A stretch of DNA of 64,000 nucleotides from an uncultured bacterium (lineage in GTDB: Bacteria > Acidobacteriota > Thermoanaerobaculia > Multivoradales > JAHZIX01). Below are positions 43,963-53,123 of the stretch, one piece after another (position 1 is the stretch's first letter; every line of letters starts with the position of its first letter). The DNA is taken from NCBI GenBank assembly GCA_965368975.1, contig CBDUPA010000001.1, positions 128,001-192,000 of the forward strand, given 5' to 3'. A model generated the notes under the pieces. It was not told where the DNA came from. It saw only the letters and a list, made by a program, of their open reading frames with translations, and made no database searches. Position numbers and translations under genes: made by a program.

Positions 43963-44760
43963 TCAGCGTTCCACTGAATAGGGCAGGGATAGGTCACCGG
44001 AGAGCACTCCGTAGACCTCGTAGACGCCGAGCATCGGCTGCTGTGGGTTTGTCGACACTTCCATGTAGGCGACCACGGCATCGTAGCGGAAGTCAGTCTG
44101 GTGGTTGGCGCGTTGCGCGGGCACCAGCACACGCAAGGTGTTTCCTTGCAGCACGACCGCGAAGCCTGGAGAATCCATCAGCATCGGCATACCAGGATTG
44201 GTCGGTGGCAGTAGCTGGGCGATCTCCGTCTTACTGATCTGGCGCACCGCCAGGCCGCCGGGAGCACGCGCGTCGGCTTCCAGAACGACCCAGTGGGTAT
44301 GGTAGATAGCCCCGTCGTTGCCGTAGTCGCGGTCGTTGTCCTCATCCCACAGCGGAGTGTCGTCGAAGTCAGGGTGCGCGGTCACTGCCAGGGCCACGAT
44401 GCCACCCTCGGCCTCGCCATTCTCCACCTGGAACCCGACATCCGTGGGCCGGAGGGTTGTGGGGAAGACGTAGCCGAGCACGGGGGCGCCGTTGAGTTCG
44501 CCTCGAGCTAGAGGTACGGTAGCGCCCACGTTGCCTTTCACCTTCTGCTCGAATACCAGCAATTCCAAGTCGGGCAGGTAGCGGACTCGTGCCTCTGTCA
44601 GTTGGAGATCGGGGCCGTTCACGGGAGGTGTCTGTAGCGGTGCGGCGGCTGCGGTCTCAGGGTTATCTTCGGCGAGCAAAGCAGCACCGCTGTACAGTCC
44701 CGGCAGTAGGGACAGCCACAACAAGATGAGGATCGTGGTGAGAGTTTGAAGTCGGTACAT
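43963..44760 (-). CDS. Secreted hypothetical protein with His/Asp-rich motif
   Basis: Signal peptide, HPDFDDTPLWDEDNDRDYGNDGAIYHTHWVVL, LPPTNPGMPMLMDSPG. AGGAG RBS. Confidence 0.8.
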   Translation of the reverse strand: MYRLQTLTTILILLWLSLLPGLYSGAALLAEDNPETAAAAPLQTPPVNGPDLQLTEARVRYLPDLELLVFEQKVKGNVGATVPLARGELNGAPVLGYVFPTTLRPTDVGFQVENGEAEGGIVALAVTAHPDFDDTPLWDEDNDRDYGNDGAIYHTHWVVLEADARAPGGLAVRQISKTEIAQLLPPTNPGMPMLMDSPGFAVVLQGNTLRVLVPAQRANHQTDFRYDAVVAYMEVSTNPQQPMLGVYEVYGVLSGDLSLPYSVER

Positions 44761-44829
44761 TGATTACTACTCCTAATTAATTGAGGCATAGAGTACCTCG
44801 TGTTGTTGGTGGGATGTCAATCCCCTGGT

Positions 44830-45453
44830 TTATCTTTCAGAGTCTGAGTGATCCGGGCAGTCGAGTCGCAGGTCGCGGTCGCCGAAGGCAGCGTCGACGT
44901 AGGCGCAGTGATGCCGACGCTCAGCGTTGGGATGCGCGTTGCGGCGGAAGAAGCGGCAGGTGGTGCACATGCGCGCCGTCGAGATCTCCCCGCGCTTTAG
45001 GAGTTCACTGATGAGACGCTGTAGAACACGCATCAAAGTGGCTTGCTCGTCGACCGGAAGGTCTTCGATGACGGTGGCAAGAAAGTCCGGCCACTGGCGA
45101 GCTCGTTGTGCTTCTCGCTCTCCTCGTTGCGTCAGCAACAGACGAATGCGTCGACCATCCTGCGGGTCGGCCTGCTTGCGGAGCAACTCCTTGCTTTGCA
45201 GCGTGCTCACCGCCTCGCTGGCGGTCGAGGGGCGCACTGCCAGAGTCGCCGCCAACTCCTTCAGCGTCGAGCCGGGCTGCTGCGCCAAGTGCACAAGTGC
45301 TTGCCCCTGGGTTGGCGTCAGGTCACGCGGAAGCGCTTGCGTCCAGGCCTGTTGGCGCAGGGCGATACTGATCTTGGCCAGGCCCGCGGCCAGTCTATGG
45401 CCCGCGGGGTCCTGAGTGTCGAAGGGGTTCGGGGTCTTGGATTCGGTCTTCAT
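44830..45453 (-). CDS. MarR-family regulator with C-terminal Cys/His cluster
   Basis: LTPTQ...ELA..L.V..ST.S.AV..L..K.L, DGRRIRLLLT..G. Tail CTTCRFF..HHC..DCPDH. Confidence 0.9.
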   Translation of the reverse strand: MKTESKTPNPFDTQDPAGHRLAAGLAKISIALRQQAWTQALPRDLTPTQGQALVHLAQQPGSTLKELAATLAVRPSTASEAVSTLQSKELLRKQADPQDGRRIRLLLTQRGEREAQRARQWPDFLATVIEDLPVDEQATLMRVLQRLISELLKRGEISTARMCTTCRFFRRNAHPNAERRHHCAYVDAAFGDRDLRLDCPDHSDSER

Positions 45454-45470
45454 GTTGCTTGCTATTTTGA

Positions 45471-45512
45471 TTCGGACTCCGAAATTATCTGGAAACTCCT
45501 CCTTGCTGTCAA
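45471..45512 (-). promoter_or_regulatory. sigma70 promoter plus palindromic operator of the MarR gene
   Basis: Minus strand TTGACA-N17-GATAAT, followed immediately by the palindrome TTCGGA-G-TCCGAA (45471-45483). Confidence 0.7.
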
Positions 45513-45658
45513 GGCTCGTCCAGTCAATCCCAACTAAATCTCATGTTTCTCTGAGGTGTTCCCCAGGCAGCCGAGGAAGGCACGCAGGCAGGATCGCGCC
45601 ACAGCCGTCACGTGGCGGCGACGAACGTTGACCCCTTCGACTCCAGGAGATATCTCCC

Positions 45659-46723
45659 ATGCTCACCAGATCTGTTCCCTACCTGCGGGCTCGCCCTGCT
45701 TCGCTTCTCGTGCTCTGCCTGGCTGCCGGTCTTGCGGCAGCCTCGCTCCTGCCCACACCCAGCCATGCGGATTCGAAAGCTTCCGAACTGGTCGCCGAGG
45801 TGGCCGGTACTTCCTTGACCTATGCCGATCTTGAAACGGCCGCCGCCACGGACTTGCAGCAGCTCGACCAGCAGCGGCACAAGATTCTCGAAGGTCATCT
45901 CGATCGCCTGGTTCGCGAGAACCTGGTGCGCATCGAGGCCGAGCGGCTAGGGCAACAGCCCGAAGGCTGGTTGCAGGCACAGATCGAAGCGCGCATCGAG
46001 CCGGTCACGGACGCTGACATCGACGCCTGGTACGCCGCCAACGAGAGCCGCGTCAACCAGCCCAAGGACCGGGTCGCGCCGCAGATCCGCAGCTTCCTCA
46101 GCGGCCAGCGCGCCGAGACCGCTCGCAACGACCTGATGGCCGAGCTTCGCGACCGGCACGCCGTGCGGGTTTACTTCCAGCCGTTGCGCCTCGACGTCGC
46201 CGATGCCAAGGCGCCGACCAAGGGGCCGGAAGGCGCGCCCGTCGAGTTGGTGATCTTTTCGGACTTCCAGTGCCCCTACTGCCAGCGCATCAACCCGGTG
46301 CTCGAACAGCTGCAAGCCAGCTACGGTGACAAGCTGAGCGTCACCTTCCGCCAGTACCCGCTGCGCCAGATGCATCCGCAAGCACAGAAAGCCGCCGAGG
46401 CGTCCCTGTGCGCGGCTGAGCAGGACAAGTTCTGGCCCATGCACGACGCGATCTTCGGCAAGGCGGACGACCTGAGCCTGCCGACGCTCAAAGCCCATGC
46501 CGCCGAGTTGGGTCTCGACAGCGCCCGCTTCGATGCTTGCCTCGATTCCGGTGCCATGGTCGAGCGTGTGCAGCGCGACTTCGACGCGGGCCAGCGGGCG
46601 GGTGTTCCCGGCACGCCGGCGATGTACGTCAACGGTCGCGCCGCCGAACTGGTGCGCGGCACGCCGCCGGAAGAGATCCTCGGCAAGCTGATCGACGACG
46701 AGCTTGCGCGCACGGGGAACTGA
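45659..46723 (+). CDS. DsbA/thioredoxin-like exported oxidoreductase with SurA-N-like region
   Basis: Signal peptide, FSDFQCPYC, AAEASLCA..Q.KFW..HD, GVPGTP. AGGAG RBS. Confidence 0.9.
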   Translation: MLTRSVPYLRARPASLLVLCLAAGLAAASLLPTPSHADSKASELVAEVAGTSLTYADLETAAATDLQQLDQQRHKILEGHLDRLVRENLVRIEAERLGQQPEGWLQAQIEARIEPVTDADIDAWYAANESRVNQPKDRVAPQIRSFLSGQRAETARNDLMAELRDRHAVRVYFQPLRLDVADAKAPTKGPEGAPVELVIFSDFQCPYCQRINPVLEQLQASYGDKLSVTFRQYPLRQMHPQAQKAAEASLCAAEQDKFWPMHDAIFGKADDLSLPTLKAHAAELGLDSARFDACLDSGAMVERVQRDFDAGQRAGVPGTPAMYVNGRAAELVRGTPPEEILGKLIDDELARTGN

Positions 46724-47018
46724 ACCCCCGACGGGAATTGTCGGATCTCGAGAGTGGCCGGTTGGAACCCGGCCGCTCTCCGTCTGCGTTGTCGAGCAGG
46801 TGCCCGCGTCAACGGATCGTGGAAATGCGGAGCCTGTGAAGTTTCTTCTCCAGCAGCTTCCTCTGGTGCGGTGCGACTGCAGTGTTCAGGGCGCGCATGC
46901 CGGAGGAAGTGCTCGACCAACTGGGGTGGTTCGGCCGCTGCCCCTGCTTCCTTGTTCCTGGTTCGCCAGAAGCCAACCAGCGTCAGTCCATCGAACGGTG
47001 TCGAGACGATGGCAGAGT

Positions 47019-47951
47019 ATGATGCGCCCCATGTGGCCCGCCGATCCAAGCCTACGCCAACGAGCTCTCGACCTCTACGGCGCCGTTTGGCCGCACGTGC
47101 CGCCGGGCATCCGCCTGGCCGCGGGCTGGGGTGGGGATTGGTTCGAGGTCTCGACGCCGTTGCTGGTACGCGGGCGGGATCGGATCCTGGCGCACGCGGG
47201 ACTGATAGCCTGTGATCTTGCTTTCCGCGGACAGCCGGTACGGGTTGCGGCCCTGCACGGAGTTTGCGTTCACCCTGACCATCGTGGCCACGGGCTGGCG
47301 CGGCGTGTACTAGAGGAAGCTCTGACGCATGCCGAGCAAGCGGGTTTCGAGACGGTGATCCTGTGGTCGGAGAAGCTCGATCTCTATCGCCGCTTCGGCT
47401 TCGAGCCGGTACCGGAATGCAGGTTCGTCGGCGCGCTGCCGGAGGACTGGACGGAGAGGTTGCCCGAGATCGAGGCCGAGGTGCTGGAGGTGACACCCAG
47501 CGCTGGAAGGCGGGTGGACCTACTGCGGCGACTCTTGCGTCAGCGCATGCCGGTCTCCGAAGGTCTGGCAGCGGCGGATCGCGGCTGGCATTTCTGGATC
47601 GACCTCGGGCTCTGGAAGGCGGCGGCGGATGTCACAGTGGTCTATGTGCCGGCCGTCGATTCAGTGGTGGTGTGTGAGCTGGCGCCGGATGTGCTGCGTC
47701 TGTACGACGTGATCACGGCGTCGATGCCAAGCGCTGAAGTGCTCCTTGCAGGAGCCCTGAGGGCCCTGGCAGGTGTCGATGGCTCGCAGGCGGCTGTGCC
47801 GGAGCGGCTGGAGATCTTCTTCACGCCGGACCGCCTGGGCCTCGACCTGAAACCCGCGCTGCACTCGTGGGAGGACATGCTGATGGTTCGCGGTAGGCCG
47901 CTGCCCGGAACCTCGGCGGCCTTCGCGCTGTCACCGCTGACCCGGACCTGA
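47019..47951 (+). CDS. GNAT family N-acetyltransferase (start uncertain)
   Basis: VCVHPDHRGHGLARRVL (motif A) and LYRRFGF (motif B). Confidence 0.82.
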   Translation: MMRPMWPADPSLRQRALDLYGAVWPHVPPGIRLAAGWGGDWFEVSTPLLVRGRDRILAHAGLIACDLAFRGQPVRVAALHGVCVHPDHRGHGLARRVLEEALTHAEQAGFETVILWSEKLDLYRRFGFEPVPECRFVGALPEDWTERLPEIEAEVLEVTPSAGRRVDLLRRLLRQRMPVSEGLAAADRGWHFWIDLGLWKAAADVTVVYVPAVDSVVVCELAPDVLRLYDVITASMPSAEVLLAGALRALAGVDGSQAAVPERLEIFFTPDRLGLDLKPALHSWEDMLMVRGRPLPGTSAAFALSPLTRT

Positions 47952-48006
47952 GGTGCACACTCGTACGTCTACCGCATCACCTCCTGGCCGTGAGGAGGCG
48001 AGAGCC

Positions 48007-50523
48007 TCAGGCCTCCGGAAACGCAGCTACCTCGACCAGGCGGCCCGCCGCCGCCGGATCTTCGAACAGGTAGTAGGGCACCCAGGCGACGCCGAAGAGG
48101 GTGACGTGGATGTCCTTCTTGTACGGTGTCACCGGCAGCGAGGAGACGTCCTGGGCAATGTCCTGCCAGCGCTGCTGCACCTCTTGCAGGGCGTCCTCGG
48201 CTTCCTGCCGCAGCTCGTCGAGCTGCCGCTCATAGTCGGCGATCGCCTGCACGCTCTCTTCGACGTCCGCTGCCGCCTTCGAGGTCATGCGGTGCTTGGT
48301 CATCGAGGTGGAAAGGCGCGCGCGCTTCTTGGTGAACAGGCTGAGCAGATTGCCGGCGTGCGTCATCCAGCCCTCCTGCCGTCGCTGCGCCAGCTCCGCC
48401 TCGTCCTCGGCCAGTTCGCGCTGTTCGCGCGCCAATTTCTGCTCGACGCGGTCCATCTTGCGCTCGAAGCTGTCTGCCACCTTCTGCCCCTCGGCGCGGA
48501 TCTCTTCCTCCGCCGCCTGCCGGCAGCGTTCCAAGAAGTCGGTTTCTGCGACGTCCGGGCCGGCGTAGAGCTTGAGTTCCTCGTTGGCGCGCACCTGGAC
48601 CTCGCCGGTGCGATAGACCCAGTCCTCGAAGTCGTCCTCGACGGCGCGCAGGATTCTGTCGTCGCTCAGCGGGGCTTCCAGGCTCTCGAAGCGCGCCTCC
48701 GGCAAGGCTTGACGCGGTAGATCGCCGGAGTTCAGGCTCACGTCCGGGTGGTCGTCCCAGCGGATCTGACCCCGCCGGTCCGGCTCGGCCAGCAGCCGCG
48801 TGCGGATCACCGATGTGTCGAGGTTGTACTTGCTGCGCCGGTACTGGACCTCCGCCTGGGCCACCAGCGCCGGTCGGTAGAGCAGGCCGACGCGGCGAGC
48901 GCTTTCGGGCACGCGCCGATCCCCGGCCGCGGCTTCGGCGTCGCTCAGCGTCGCGGGCAGGAAGTACTCGGCGATCCGCGTTGGCAGTGCCGGCTTGGTG
49001 GTCGTGCCGGGCAGGTCGTCGCGCTCGTCTCGGGTCGCGGGTGTCGATGCAGGACGTGCCGTTGTTGAGGTTGGCGCTGCGGAGGACGGGGCCACCGCGG
49101 CCCTGCCGGCGGCGGCCCCAGCGCCCGCCAACTCGTTCAGCGCCGGAATCTGATTGCGCGTCATCGGTCCCGCGAGGTAGCTCTGTGCCCAGCGCGTCTG
49201 GAACAGTCGCGGCTCCCGGTCGTGGACGTTGCGCAGCAGGAAGACGCGCTTGCCGAGCGCCGAAATCAGGTCGTCGTACTGGCGCCGGTCCAGGCCCGCG
49301 CCACCCGCGCTGCTCAGGCCTTCGAGCAGGCGGTCCTTGTCCTGCTCGGTCGCCAGCTTGCCGATCATCCAGGTGCCGGCGTTCGACAGTGCCTTGTAGT
49401 CGACGTCCACCGGATTCTGCGTCGCCAGCACCATGCCGACCCCGAAGGCACGTGCCTGCTTGAGCAGCCGCAGCATCGGCTCCTTCGACGGCGGATTGCC
49501 CACCGGCGGCAGGTAGCCGAAGATCTCGTCGAAGTAGACCAGAGCGCGCAGCGACGACGTACCGCTCTGCGTGCGCATCCACGCCTCCACCGCCGAGTAG
49601 AGCAGCGTGACGAAGAACATGCGCTCGCGGTCGGAGAGGTGGGCGAGATAGAAGATGCTGTGCTTCGGCCGTCCGTCGACGCCGACCAGCAACCGCCCGA
49701 CGTCGAGCGGCTCGCCCTCGATCCAGCTCTGGAACGCTGGCGCCGCCAAGATGTTGTTGAGCTGCATCGCTAGCTGGAAGCGGTCCTTCTGTGGAAAGAA
49801 GGTCTCGACGTCAAAGAAGCCCAGCTTCTCGAACGGCGGTGCCTGCACCTGCATCAGCAGTCCACCGAGGTCGAGATCCTGCCCGCTGCTCCAGGCATGC
49901 TCGAAGACGTTGGCCAGCAGGATGTGCTCGCGTGAACGCAGCGGATCGATGTTCTTGAGACCGATTAGGCCGAGCAGCGCCGTCACCGTGCCGGAGATCT
50001 TCTCGCGCAGCAGCTCCCTGTTCTCCTCCCAGGGGATGTCCGGGGCCTCTAGCGAGGCCAGGATGCTCACCGGCAGCCCAGCGTCGGAGCCCGGCGTGTA
50101 GATGGCGAAGCCGGTACGCTCCTTGAGCGCCCGGATGCGTTCCGGCCCGATACCCCAGCTTTCCAGGCCGTTCTTCCACAACGTCGCCGTCGCCTCTGCC
50201 GCCTCCGTCGCCGACTTGCCCTCGCGCTCGGCCTCGCGCGCGTCCACCCACGGCTCGAAGTCGTCGGGACGCAGTTCGGGGAACTGCAGCAGCAGGTTGG
50301 TGATGTCGCCCTTGGGGTCGAGCATCAAGGCGGGGATGCCCTTCAGCGCCGCTTCCTCGAGCAGGTCGAGGCACAGACCCGTCTTGCCCGAGCCCGTCAT
50401 GCCGACCACCACCGCATGGGTGGTGAGGTCGTCCGGGTCGTAGTGCAGTGGCTCGTCCGTGGTCTCGGCGCTTGTGGGGTCGACCAGGCGGCCGAGGTAG
50501 AAGTCTTTTTCGCTGTGGGACAT
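48007..50523 (-). CDS. HerA/FtsK-like (DUF87-type) P-loop ATPase with C-terminal coiled coil
   Basis: LTTHAVVVGMTGSGKT (Walker A), VYFDE (Walker B), KQARAFGVG..LATQNP.D. Confidence 0.85.
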   Translation of the reverse strand: MSHSEKDFYLGRLVDPTSAETTDEPLHYDPDDLTTHAVVVGMTGSGKTGLCLDLLEEAALKGIPALMLDPKGDITNLLLQFPELRPDDFEPWVDAREAEREGKSATEAAEATATLWKNGLESWGIGPERIRALKERTGFAIYTPGSDAGLPVSILASLEAPDIPWEENRELLREKISGTVTALLGLIGLKNIDPLRSREHILLANVFEHAWSSGQDLDLGGLLMQVQAPPFEKLGFFDVETFFPQKDRFQLAMQLNNILAAPAFQSWIEGEPLDVGRLLVGVDGRPKHSIFYLAHLSDRERMFFVTLLYSAVEAWMRTQSGTSSLRALVYFDEIFGYLPPVGNPPSKEPMLRLLKQARAFGVGMVLATQNPVDVDYKALSNAGTWMIGKLATEQDKDRLLEGLSSAGGAGLDRRQYDDLISALGKRVFLLRNVHDREPRLFQTRWAQSYLAGPMTRNQIPALNELAGAGAAAGRAAVAPSSAAPTSTTARPASTPATRDERDDLPGTTTKPALPTRIAEYFLPATLSDAEAAAGDRRVPESARRVGLLYRPALVAQAEVQYRRSKYNLDTSVIRTRLLAEPDRRGQIRWDDHPDVSLNSGDLPRQALPEARFESLEAPLSDDRILRAVEDDFEDWVYRTGEVQVRANEELKLYAGPDVAETDFLERCRQAAEEEIRAEGQKVADSFERKMDRVEQKLAREQRELAEDEAELAQRRQEGWMTHAGNLLSLFTKKRARLSTSMTKHRMTSKAAADVEESVQAIADYERQLDELRQEAEDALQEVQQRWQDIAQDVSSLPVTPYKKDIHVTLFGVAWVPYYLFEDPAAAGRLVEVAAFPEA

Positions 50524-50617
50524 GGTGGTGATCAATCTCCGAAGATGGTGCGTCCGAGAAGGCCAAGTCTGAAGAAGTATAGGACAGCCCACGTCGTAGG
50601 ACGGTAGAATCGGCGCC

Positions 50618-51178
50618 ATGGAACCTTTCAAGCTCGTTCGTTTGCTCATAGTCCTTGCATTCGTAGCCTTGATGGCGCTGCTTCCCGGCTGGACACTCGT
50701 GTCCGCAGAGGTCCCTTCTGCTCGAGAGGCGCCCTCGCAGGAGGCTGGAGAAGACCTGGTCGTCTTCCTGGTCCGCCACGCCGAGAAGGTCGACGACGGT
50801 CGAGACCCGGAACTCTCCGCCGAGGGCCAGCAGCGCGCCGGTACCCTCGTCACCACCCTGCGTGACGCCGGCATCGAGCACTTGCACAGCAGCGACTACC
50901 TCCGCACTCGCGACACGGCGGCACCGATCGCCGCGAAGCTGGATCTCGACATCGAGATCTACGACGCGCGCGAGCTGCCGAAGCTCGTCGAGATGCTGCG
51001 CGCGGCCGGTGGCCGGCACCTGGTGGTGGGGCACAGCAACACGACGCCGGAGGTCGTGGCCCTGCTGGGGGGTGAGCCGGGCACGGCGATCGACGAGCCC
51101 TCGGAGTACGACCGGCTCTATATCGTGACCGTGGCGGACGGTAGGGTGAGCACGGTCCTGCTGCGCTATGGTTCGTGA
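50618..51178 (+). CDS. Exported histidine phosphatase (SixA/PGM family)
   Basis: Signal peptide, LVRHAEK, SSDYLRTRDTA, LVVGHSNT. Confidence 0.88.
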   Translation: MEPFKLVRLLIVLAFVALMALLPGWTLVSAEVPSAREAPSQEAGEDLVVFLVRHAEKVDDGRDPELSAEGQQRAGTLVTTLRDAGIEHLHSSDYLRTRDTAAPIAAKLDLDIEIYDARELPKLVEMLRAAGGRHLVVGHSNTTPEVVALLGGEPGTAIDEPSEYDRLYIVTVADGRVSTVLLRYGS

Positions 51179-51213
51179 TGCTGGGACTCTTGAGGCTCAG
51201 CTTTGAACTTGCC

Positions 51214-51242
51214 TTGACATATTGATGCTTGCTCAATAGCCT
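51214..51242 (+). promoter_or_regulatory. Promoter/operator of vapBC (probably a leaderless transcript)
   Basis: TTGACA-N17-TAGCCT ending 6 nt before the ATG. Inverted repeat TATTGA-N7-TCAATA (51220-51238). Confidence 0.6.
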
Positions 51243-51248
51243 CGAGTC

Positions 51249-51491
51249 ATGCGCACGACGGTTCGACTCGACGACTCTCTGGCCCGACAGGCCAAGCAAG
51301 CCGCGCTCGACGCTGGCATGACGTTCACCGAACTCTTGAGCCAGGCCTTGCGCGAGATGCTGACGCGACGCCAGGCGGCACCGCCGCGCCAACACGTCAC
51401 GCTGCCGACTTTCCGGGGCCGGGGGCTCCAGCCCGGCGTTGATCTGAACGACTCGGCGGCACTCTTGGATCTGATGGAAGAGCGGGCCTGA
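51249..51491 (+). CDS. vapB: Ribbon-helix-helix antitoxin (VapB-like)
   Basis: MRTTVRLDD.L...AK..A...G.T..EL...ALR and LPTF.G.G..PGVDL.D, upstream of a PIN gene. Confidence 0.85.
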   Translation: MRTTVRLDDSLARQAKQAALDAGMTFTELLSQALREMLTRRQAAPPRQHVTLPTFRGRGLQPGVDLNDSAALLDLMEERA

Positions 51492-51500
51492 CGGGGCGAG

Positions 51501-51923
51501 ATGCTGCTCCTCGACGTCAACGTCCTGGTCTACGCCTTTCGCGAGGATGTGCCCCAGCACGAAGAATTTCGAACCTGGCTGGACACGCTCGTCAACGGTG
51601 ACCAGGCTTTCGGCATCTCGGATCTCGTTCTCAGCGGCTTTCTGCGCATCGTGACGCATCCGAAGATCTTCGACCCTCCGACGCCGCTGACCACGGCGCT
51701 GGAGTTCGTGCAGGTCATCCGCGCCCAGCCGAATTGCGTACCCATATCGGCCGGACCGCGTCACTGGTCCGTCTTCGTCCAGCTCTGCCGCCAGACGGGA
51801 GCGGCCGGAAACTTGATCCCGGACGCGTTTCATGCTGCCCTGGCGATCGAGTCCGGGACCGAGTGGGTGACGACGGACCGGGATTTCGACCGCTTTCCCG
51901 GCCTGCGGCATCGCAAGCTCTAG
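51501..51923 (+). CDS. vapC: PIN-domain ribonuclease toxin
   Basis: LLDVNVLVYA, FLRIVTHP, GNLIPDA..AALAIE, TTDRDFDRFPGL. Confidence 0.92.
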   Translation: MLLLDVNVLVYAFREDVPQHEEFRTWLDTLVNGDQAFGISDLVLSGFLRIVTHPKIFDPPTPLTTALEFVQVIRAQPNCVPISAGPRHWSVFVQLCRQTGAAGNLIPDAFHAALAIESGTEWVTTDRDFDRFPGLRHRKL

Positions 51924-51999
51924 CTGCTTCGTCACGGAGAACTCGCCACGGAGCTTCTCGCCAACGACTATCTCTCCACGGAATACCCCGGAGACCCTC

Positions 52000-53067
52000 A
52001 TGACTCGACGCACTCTCCTGCCTCTCCTCGCGTGCCTCCTCGCTTGCTTCCACCTCACCACGACTGCCACCCAGGCCTCGACGCTGGTCGTCGCCAACAA
52101 GGCAGGGGCCAGCGTCTCACTGATCGATCTCGCCTCCGGCGACGTCGTGGCGACCCTTCCGACCGGTGTCGGTCCGCACGAGGTCGCGGTATCGCCGGAC
52201 GGCACCAAGGCTTTGATCACCAACTATGGCCGCCGCCTGCCCGGTTGCTCGCTGACCCTGATCGACATCCCGACCGCGACCGTGCTGCGGACCCTCGATC
52301 TCGGCGAGTATGAGCGGCCGCACGGCGTGCTGTGGTTGCGCGACGGCAAGCGGGCGGTGGTGACGGCGGAGGCGGATCGCGCGCTCCTGACGGTCGAGAT
52401 CGAGTCCGGTGAGATCCTGCAGGCTGTCGATACGGCGCAGGAGATCTCGCACATGGTGGCTCTCACCGCCGACCAGAAGCGGGCGTTCGTTGCCAACATC
52501 GGCTCCGGCTCGGTGACGGTGATCGATCTCGAGAAGGGCGAGCGGGTGGCGAATGTCGAGACTGGAGAGGGAGCCGAGGGGGTGGCGGTGACGGTGGCGG
52601 GGCGCGTGTGGGTGACCAATCGGGCGGCGGATACGATCACCGTGCTCGATGCCACCAGCCTGGAGGAACTCGGCGAGTTCGCTTCCGAGGGGTTCCCGAT
52701 CCGCGCCACCGCGACGCCCGCGGGCAAGGTGTTGGTGACGCACGCGCGGGCCGGTGCACTGACGGTATTCGAAGACGCGACCTCTGCGAACGGGGAGGAT
52801 GCCGGGGCGCTGGGGCAGGGAGTGCGGCGGGATCTGCAGCTGACGGGCAAGTTCAGCGAGGACCGGCTGTTCAGTGATCGCTTCGGGGACAGCTCGGTGC
52901 CGATCGGTGTCGTCGTCGACGGCGACGGCACGCTTGCCTACATCGCTCACGCCAACGCCGACGTGATCACCGAGGTCGACGTGGCGACGGGGAAGACCCT
53001 GCGCACGCTGACCGCCGGCGCGGAGCCGGATGGCATGGCGTGGTCGTCGAGCAAGGTCTCCCCCTGA
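52000..53067 (+). CDS. Secreted YncE/YVTN beta-propeller protein
   Basis: Signal peptide and repeated V.N.....V.VID......ATL.TG.GP blades. Confidence 0.85.
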   Translation: MTRRTLLPLLACLLACFHLTTTATQASTLVVANKAGASVSLIDLASGDVVATLPTGVGPHEVAVSPDGTKALITNYGRRLPGCSLTLIDIPTATVLRTLDLGEYERPHGVLWLRDGKRAVVTAEADRALLTVEIESGEILQAVDTAQEISHMVALTADQKRAFVANIGSGSVTVIDLEKGERVANVETGEGAEGVAVTVAGRVWVTNRAADTITVLDATSLEELGEFASEGFPIRATATPAGKVLVTHARAGALTVFEDATSANGEDAGALGQGVRRDLQLTGKFSEDRLFSDRFGDSSVPIGVVVDGDGTLAYIAHANADVITEVDVATGKTLRTLTAGAEPDGMAWSSSKVSP

Positions 53068-53123
53068 AACTTCACGCTCTGTGAGGTTCGGCTGGCCCTC
53101 GTGAGCTGCCGCTGGACCGCGGC

